Shown piece by piece: positions 27,775 to 32,638 of a stretch of 32,638 nt of DNA. This DNA is from an uncultured bacterium (GTDB lineage Bacteria > Patescibacteriota > Minisyncoccia > Minisyncoccales > JAQTVQ01). The translations under genes and the position numbers were made by a program. The stretch lies in contig CAIMDX010000069.1 of assembly GCA_903839905.1 (NCBI GenBank), positions 1 through 32,638 of the forward strand, written 5' to 3'. Under the pieces are notes generated by a model. The model did no database searches, had not been told where the DNA came from, and saw only the letters and a list, made by a program, of their open reading frames with translations. The first letter of the stretch is position 1, and the number at the start of each line of letters is the position of its first letter.

Positions 27775-28677
27775 TTACGATATTGCCTCTTTGGCTGAAG
27801 TTATTTCTCCCAGTTCGGAGGTGATCTGCTCCTGTCTGGCCTTGTTATAATCTAAAATTAAAAACTTGATAATCTCTTTGGCATTGTCGGAAGCATTTTT
27901 CATGGCGATCATGCGGGCCGAATGTTCGGAAGCGTTGGCTTCCAAAATGGAATGGTAAATTTCAAAAGTAACAAGCTCCGGCACCAAGCTTTCAAAAATT
28001 TCTTTGGAACTGGGTTCAAAAACATATTCCAAATACGGTTCCGGTTCTATTTCTTTTGATCCTTTCGGGGCATGCTCCTTTAAAAGTTTTTCAAAAATAT
28101 CTTCTTCTACCGGCAAAACTTGTATTACGCAGGGCTCCTGGGTAAGAGTCGTTACAAAATTGGTAAAAACAAGATAGATTTTTTGATATTCTTTTTCAAA
28201 ATATCTGGTCAGTACCTCGGCAAGAGGCCTTATCTCATTCAGTTTTCCAAAGTCTCCGATTCCGCTGAATTCAATCTTTAATTTATAGCCTTTTCTCTTA
28301 AAAAAAGCTGATGACTTTTTCCCAATGGCAACGATTTCCACCGGCGCAATCTTTTCAAGATCTTTAATCTGCTTATGGGCATAGTTCAAAATATTTTTGT
28401 TAAAAGACCCGCAAAACCCCCTGTCGGAGCTGACCACTACGGCTAATATTTTTTCCGGCGGCCGCTCTTTAAAATAAAAACTGGCCAGGCCCTCTTTTTT
28501 TTGGTATGCGCTCAATTTTTTCAATATCTGATAAACCCTTAAAGCGAATGGACGAGAATTAAGCGCTAGATTCTGGGCCTTGCCCATTTTGACCGCCGAA
28601 ACCAAACCCAAGGCATTGGTAATCTTGGAAATATTCTGGACAGAACCGATCTTCTGCTTAATTTCTTTAGACTTCAT
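27775..28677 (-). CDS. atpG: F1 ATP synthase gamma subunit
   Basis: KITNA..VSA.K, SDRGFCGSFN, ASEHSARMIAMKNASDNA, YNKARQ..IT.EL.EI. Confidence 0.97.
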   Translation of the reverse strand: MKSKEIKQKIGSVQNISKITNALGLVSAVKMGKAQNLALNSRPFALRVYQILKKLSAYQKKEGLASFYFKERPPEKILAVVVSSDRGFCGSFNKNILNYAHKQIKDLEKIAPVEIVAIGKKSSAFFKRKGYKLKIEFSGIGDFGKLNEIRPLAEVLTRYFEKEYQKIYLVFTNFVTTLTQEPCVIQVLPVEEDIFEKLLKEHAPKGSKEIEPEPYLEYVFEPSSKEIFESLVPELVTFEIYHSILEANASEHSARMIAMKNASDNAKEIIKFLILDYNKARQEQITSELGEITSAKEAIS

Positions 28678-30175
28678 ATTTTTGCAGCGCTTCCCTTAAC
28701 CCTTTTTCCATTTCCAAACGAAGCTCGGGGCTAATGTCTCTGGTTTTTTTAATATTTTCTAAAACTTCCGGCTTGATAGATTCAAAATATTCAAAAATAT
28801 CTTTTTCCGCCTGCTTGATGTCGGGCAGCTTAACTTTGTCCAACCATCCTTTAACAGCGGCAAAAATAATCAAAACTTCTTTTTCAAACGCCAGCGGATT
28901 CCTTTCTTCCTGCTTTAAAAGCATCATCATTCTTTTGCCTCTTTCTATTTTTTCGCGGGTTTCCTGATCTACCTCTTCGGCAAATTCCAAAAATCCTTCC
29001 AGCTCTTTGAATTGAGCCAACTCCAGTTTTAAAGTAGAAGCTATCTTTTTCATCGCTTTGGTTTGGGCCGCGGACCCGACTCTGGAAACAGAAAGACCAA
29101 TATTCACCTCTGGCCTCTGTCCTTTAAGATACAATCCGGCGTCAAAAAAGATTTGGCCGTCAGTAATGGAAATTACATTAGTGGGCACATAAGCGGTGAT
29201 GTCTCCGGCTTGAGTTTCAATAATAGGAAGAGCGGTCAATGATCCGCCTCCTTTTTCCTTGCTAAGCTTGGCAGCTCTTTCCAATAATCTTGAGTGGAGA
29301 TAAAAAACATCTCCCGGATAAGCTTCTCTTCCCGGCGGCCTTCTTAAAATCAAGGCGATTTCGCGCCAAGCCCAAGCATGCTTGGTCAAGTCATCATAAA
29401 TAACCAACGCGTCCTTTCCGGCATTCATAAAATATTCTCCCTGCGCCGCTCCGCAATAAGGAGCCAAATACAAGAAAGAAGCCGGGTCGGAGGAAGTTGC
29501 AGCCACAACAATGGTATATTCCATAGCGCCGCTCTTTTCCAATATTTCAATGGTGCGGGCCAATTTGGCTCTTTTTTGCCCGATGGCCACATAAATGCAG
29601 ATCGGTCTTTTAGCTTCGGTCTTTTGATTTATGATCACATCAATAGCAAGAGAGCTCTTAGTGGAAATTCTATCGCCCAAAAGCAATTCTCTTTGCCCTC
29701 TTCCAATCGGAATCAAGCTATCAATAATTTTAATACCAGTATGCAAGGGATAATCAACCCCTTCTCTTTCAATAACCGATGGGCCGATTTTCTCTATCAA
29801 CCCGAAATCTTTGGATTCAATTTTTCCTTTGCCGTCCAGCGGCCTTCCCAAGGGATCAATTACGCGGCCGATCATTCCTTCTCCCACCGGTACAGAAACG
29901 ACTTTACCGGTTCTCTTAACAACATCTCCCTGCCTGACTTTGGAGTCTTCTCCTAAAATAATGGCTCCCACTTCCGTTTCTTCCAGGTTCAAAGCTATGC
30001 CTAAAATTTCTTCTTCCTTCCCCTCAAATTTAATGATCTCCATTGAGCTCACATTTAAAAGGCCGCTAATCTTGGCGGTTCCGTCTTTAACTTCAATCAC
30101 CTGGCCGATCTCTTCTTTTTGGGAATTGAAATCCAAATCTTCTATTTCTTTTTTTAAATAGTCTAAAATTTCCAT
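28667..30175 (-). CDS. atpA: F1 ATP synthase alpha subunit
   Basis: PIGRGQREL, YDDLTKHA, RRPPGREAYPGDVFYLHSRLLERA, PTNVISITDGQ, SVSRVG. Start likely MEILD at 30175. Confidence 0.97.
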   Translation of the reverse strand: MEILDYLKKEIEDLDFNSQKEEIGQVIEVKDGTAKISGLLNVSSMEIIKFEGKEEEILGIALNLEETEVGAIILGEDSKVRQGDVVKRTGKVVSVPVGEGMIGRVIDPLGRPLDGKGKIESKDFGLIEKIGPSVIEREGVDYPLHTGIKIIDSLIPIGRGQRELLLGDRISTKSSLAIDVIINQKTEAKRPICIYVAIGQKRAKLARTIEILEKSGAMEYTIVVAATSSDPASFLYLAPYCGAAQGEYFMNAGKDALVIYDDLTKHAWAWREIALILRRPPGREAYPGDVFYLHSRLLERAAKLSKEKGGGSLTALPIIETQAGDITAYVPTNVISITDGQIFFDAGLYLKGQRPEVNIGLSVSRVGSAAQTKAMKKIASTLKLELAQFKELEGFLEFAEEVDQETREKIERGKRMMMLLKQEERNPLAFEKEVLIIFAAVKGWLDKVKLPDIKQAEKDIFEYFESIKPEVLENIKKTRDISPELRLEMEKGLREALQKYEV

Positions 30176-30206
30176 ATTATTTGCAGGGCTTTGCCCTAAA
30201 TCCAAA

Positions 30207-30590
30207 TTAAACTAATTTTTTCCTGATATTTTCAATAATCGTCTTTATTGAAGAATCAATTAAAAAGTTGTTAGTCTTAGCTTTAAATCCGCCGATAATG
30301 GATTGGTCTATTTCAACTTTGAATTTTTTATCTTTGCCTAATTTTATTCTTAAATTTTCTTTTATTTCTTCCACTGCCCTCTGGTCTAAATTCCTGGCCA
30401 GAACCAAAACCGCTTCATTCTCTTTCTCTATCAGCTCCAATTCTTTCAAAATCTTGGGAAGAAAATATGTTTTCTTCTTGCGAGCCACTACTTCCAAAAA
30501 ATTCTTGGCTATTTTTTTCTGGCCGTTTTCATTCTTTCCAGCCAAAGCTGCAACAAAAGCCTTAGCGAAAATTTTAGCTTCATTTTTCAT
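30207..30590 (-). CDS. atpH: F1 ATP synthase delta subunit (short)
   Basis: D.SIIGG....LIDSSIK C-terminal motif; position between atpF and atpA. Confidence 0.85.
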   Translation of the reverse strand: MKNEAKIFAKAFVAALAGKNENGQKKIAKNFLEVVARKKKTYFLPKILKELELIEKENEAVLVLARNLDQRAVEEIKENLRIKLGKDKKFKVEIDQSIIGGFKAKTNNFLIDSSIKTIIENIRKKLV

Positions 30591-31069
30591 TATTTCTGTA
30601 CGGCTAAAAGCTTATCTATAAGGGCTTTGTCTTTCTGGGAATCAAGTTTTTCCCCTAAAATTTTCTCGGCCAGCGCCAAGGCGGATTCCACTTCTCTTTT
30701 TCTTTCAGCATCCTTCATTTTGTCTATTTCCCGCTGGGTTTCTTTTTTAGCAGCCTGAATAATATTAAGCCTCTCCTGTTCTCCCAAAAGAATAGAGTTT
30801 CTTATCTTTTCATCGCCTTTCTTTTTGCCTTGATCAAAAATTTCCATAGCTTTCTGCTGGGCTTTGGCTACGATCTCTTCTCTTTTTTCCCTGATTTCTT
30901 TTATTTTTTCTTCAGCAACCATTGACCTTTCCAGCCCCTCTTCAATCTTTTGTTTTCTCTCCCTTAAAATTTTCAAAAACGGACCCAAGGCGAATTTTTT
31001 CAACAAAAACAAAACAATCAAAAAATTGATCATCTCGCCTAACAAGATTTTCCAGTCAATTCCCAACAT
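30590..31069 (-). CDS. atpF: Fo subunit b
   Basis: LGIDW...INFLIVLFLLKKF...P...L.ER..KI..GL, then coiled coil. Confidence 0.92.
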   Translation of the reverse strand: MLGIDWKILLGEMINFLIVLFLLKKFALGPFLKILRERKQKIEEGLERSMVAEEKIKEIREKREEIVAKAQQKAMEIFDQGKKKGDEKIRNSILLGEQERLNIIQAAKKETQREIDKMKDAERKREVESALALAEKILGEKLDSQKDKALIDKLLAVQK

Positions 31070-31089
31070 AAATGATAATTAATGTTAAA

Positions 31090-31128
31090 TCCCGCAAAAA
31101 CGGGAGTGCCTACCAAAAGGCAGGCACT
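31090..31128. repeat. two stem-loops between atpE and atpF
   Basis: TCCCG-CAAAAA-CGGGA and AGTGCCT-N10-AGGCACT. Confidence 0.6.
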
Positions 31129-31143
31129 ATTTAGCAACGAAAA

Positions 31144-31377
<234 letters not shown>

Positions 31378-31382
31378 TTAAT

Positions 31383-31640
31383 TTATTTTTTCTGATTATT
31401 TTTGTTATTTTTTTGCGAATTTTTTTCTATAAACGGCAAGACAAGGTAGCGAACATCAACGATTGTAACAATAATTGAAAAAATTACAAGCGATATCAGA
31501 AACAAAGGCGCGGTATTAAATTTTTTATCCAAGAATATTCCTAAAAGCAAAAACGCTATCATAGGCAATACGACCAGCAGCCCCATCTGCATTCCGAGCC
31601 CCAAAGCGTACAAAAAATCTTTCTTTTGATTATTCTCCAT
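31383..31640 (-). CDS. AtpZ/AtpI (ATPase gene 1) family membrane protein
   Basis: Two TM helices with G..LDK.F.T.P motif; overlaps the atpB end. Confidence 0.85.
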   Translation of the reverse strand: MENNQKKDFLYALGLGMQMGLLVVLPMIAFLLLGIFLDKKFNTAPLFLISLVIFSIIVTIVDVRYLVLPFIEKNSQKNNKNNQKK

Positions 31641-32346
31641 GTAGAACCGTGGCAGTTGTATAAAAAACCACCACTAATGACGAAAAAATAAAAGCCTGGA
31701 TGAAACCGACCAATATTTCCAAAGCTAAAAACGGCAATGGCACGAAATAAGCCAGACCCCAATGGATGCCGGTGGCTACCACAATCAATAATGTTTCTCC
31801 GGCAAACAGATTCCCGAAAAGCCGCATAGACAAGGAAATTATCCTGGTAAATTCCCCCAGTCCTTCCAAAATACCGACAAAAAACAAAACCGGGCTTCTC
31901 AAATCAAAAAACCTTCCGAGGTAAGAAAAAAGCCCAAGCTCTTTGATGGAAGAAAAATTAATGAAAAATACGGATAAGGTAGCCAGAGCCAAAGTAAAGT
32001 TTATATCCGAGCTTGGCGAACGCAAAAAAGAAAAAAGGCCCAGCCCGGGCAAAAGCTCTACTAGATTGGATAAAAGAATCATTAAAAACAAGGTGATGGC
32101 AATCGGAAAAACTTTTTCCGATTTGGCCCGATCGTGCGTTACGCTATCAACAAAATTAAGGTAACTCTCCAATATCCATTCCAAAAAATTCTGGACTTTT
32201 CCAGGCCAAAGGCTCTTTTTTCTGAAAGCCAAAAAAAACAGGAGGGATAAAAATCCTCCTATCGCCAAGATAAGCAAAAAGGTATTGGTTACCGGGAAAT
32301 TGCCAATTTGAAAAAGTTTTGTAGCTTCAATAGATATTTCCTCCAT
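31630..32346 (-). CDS. atpB: Fo subunit a
   Basis: PGKVQN..E, RSPSSDINFTLAL, ISLSMRLFGNLFAGE (conserved Arg), LEILVGFIQAFIF. Confidence 0.96.
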   Translation of the reverse strand: MEEISIEATKLFQIGNFPVTNTFLLILAIGGFLSLLFFLAFRKKSLWPGKVQNFLEWILESYLNFVDSVTHDRAKSEKVFPIAITLFLMILLSNLVELLPGLGLFSFLRSPSSDINFTLALATLSVFFINFSSIKELGLFSYLGRFFDLRSPVLFFVGILEGLGEFTRIISLSMRLFGNLFAGETLLIVVATGIHWGLAYFVPLPFLALEILVGFIQAFIFSSLVVVFYTTATVLHGE

Positions 32347-32354
32347 AAGAGTTC

Positions 32355-32384
32355 ATTCTAGCCCGCCAAAATCAAAAATGTCAA
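32355..32384 (-). promoter_or_regulatory. sigma70 promoter of the atp operon (leaderless atpB)
   Basis: TTGACA(32384-32379)-N18-TAGAAT(32360-32355); ATG 8 nt downstream. Confidence 0.65.
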
Positions 32385-32413
32385 GAATCGCGATTTTTAA
32401 ATCGCAACTTTAC

Positions 32414-32487
32414 CAAAGGTCTAACCTTTGATAGAAGTCATCAATAGAGAAAAAGGTGATTTTTTTTGCAAAGGTCTAACCTTTGCA
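32414..32487. repeat. pair of REP-like palindromes CAAAGGTCTAACCTTTG
   Basis: Copies at 32414-32430 and 32467-32487; third copy at 2250-2268. Confidence 0.75.
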
Positions 32488-32500
32488 GCCAGATATTATT

Positions 32501-32638
32501 TTATTCTACTAGTTCCGGCTGGTAAAAGTCGTTCATTTTGATCTTTTGAGCGATGGCTTTGGTGATTTTTTTGTTTTGGATGGACACTTCCAAAGCCAGA
32601 CCTTCCATTGTTTCTTTGGAAAAGCTCTGGTCAAAAAG
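32501..32638 (-). CDS. C-terminal fragment, probably CapA-family (metallophosphatase-like) protein
   Basis: Open frame LFDQSFSKETMEGLALEV...NDFYQPELVE*; FDQ.FS.ET..GL resembles the CapA C-terminus. Truncated by the window edge. Confidence 0.55.
   Translation of the reverse strand, partial: LFDQSFSKETMEGLALEVSIQNKKITKAIAQKIKMNDFYQPELVE

Overview
A 32.6 kb AT-rich housekeeping region. The gene set and protein features suggest a Patescibacteria/CPR (Parcubacteria-like) genome using standard code 11; this is inference. The minus strand carries a full F-type ATP synthase operon (atpB-atpZ/I-E-F-H-A-G-D-C), greA-like, polX, a Nudix hydrolase, a ThiI/MnmA-like tRNA thiolase, four aminoacyl-tRNA synthetases (argS, ileS type 2, glyQS, metG), an M16 peptidase, an AI-2E transporter and rsmI. 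A plus-strand block holds smpB-tmRNA-infC-rpmI-rplT. Two paralogous, mosaic secreted fibre-like proteins lie 17.4 kb apart. The main signals are intergenic. (1) Three loci share one architecture: sigma70 promoter, near-leaderless 26-31 aa leader ORF, antiterminator overlapping the leader 3' end, then an intrinsic terminator. These look like ribosome-dependent attenuators upstream of two orphan genes and greA. (2) Four inverted 7-mer-repeat elements occur; three share a '4 heptads + short unit + 2-3 heptads' spacing despite different sequences. (3) Three MITE-like elements share CCCYRTTARA termini but have unrelated structured interiors; one disrupts a gene and one sits at the tmRNA 3' end. No transposase, CRISPR array, reverse transcriptase or integrase was seen.
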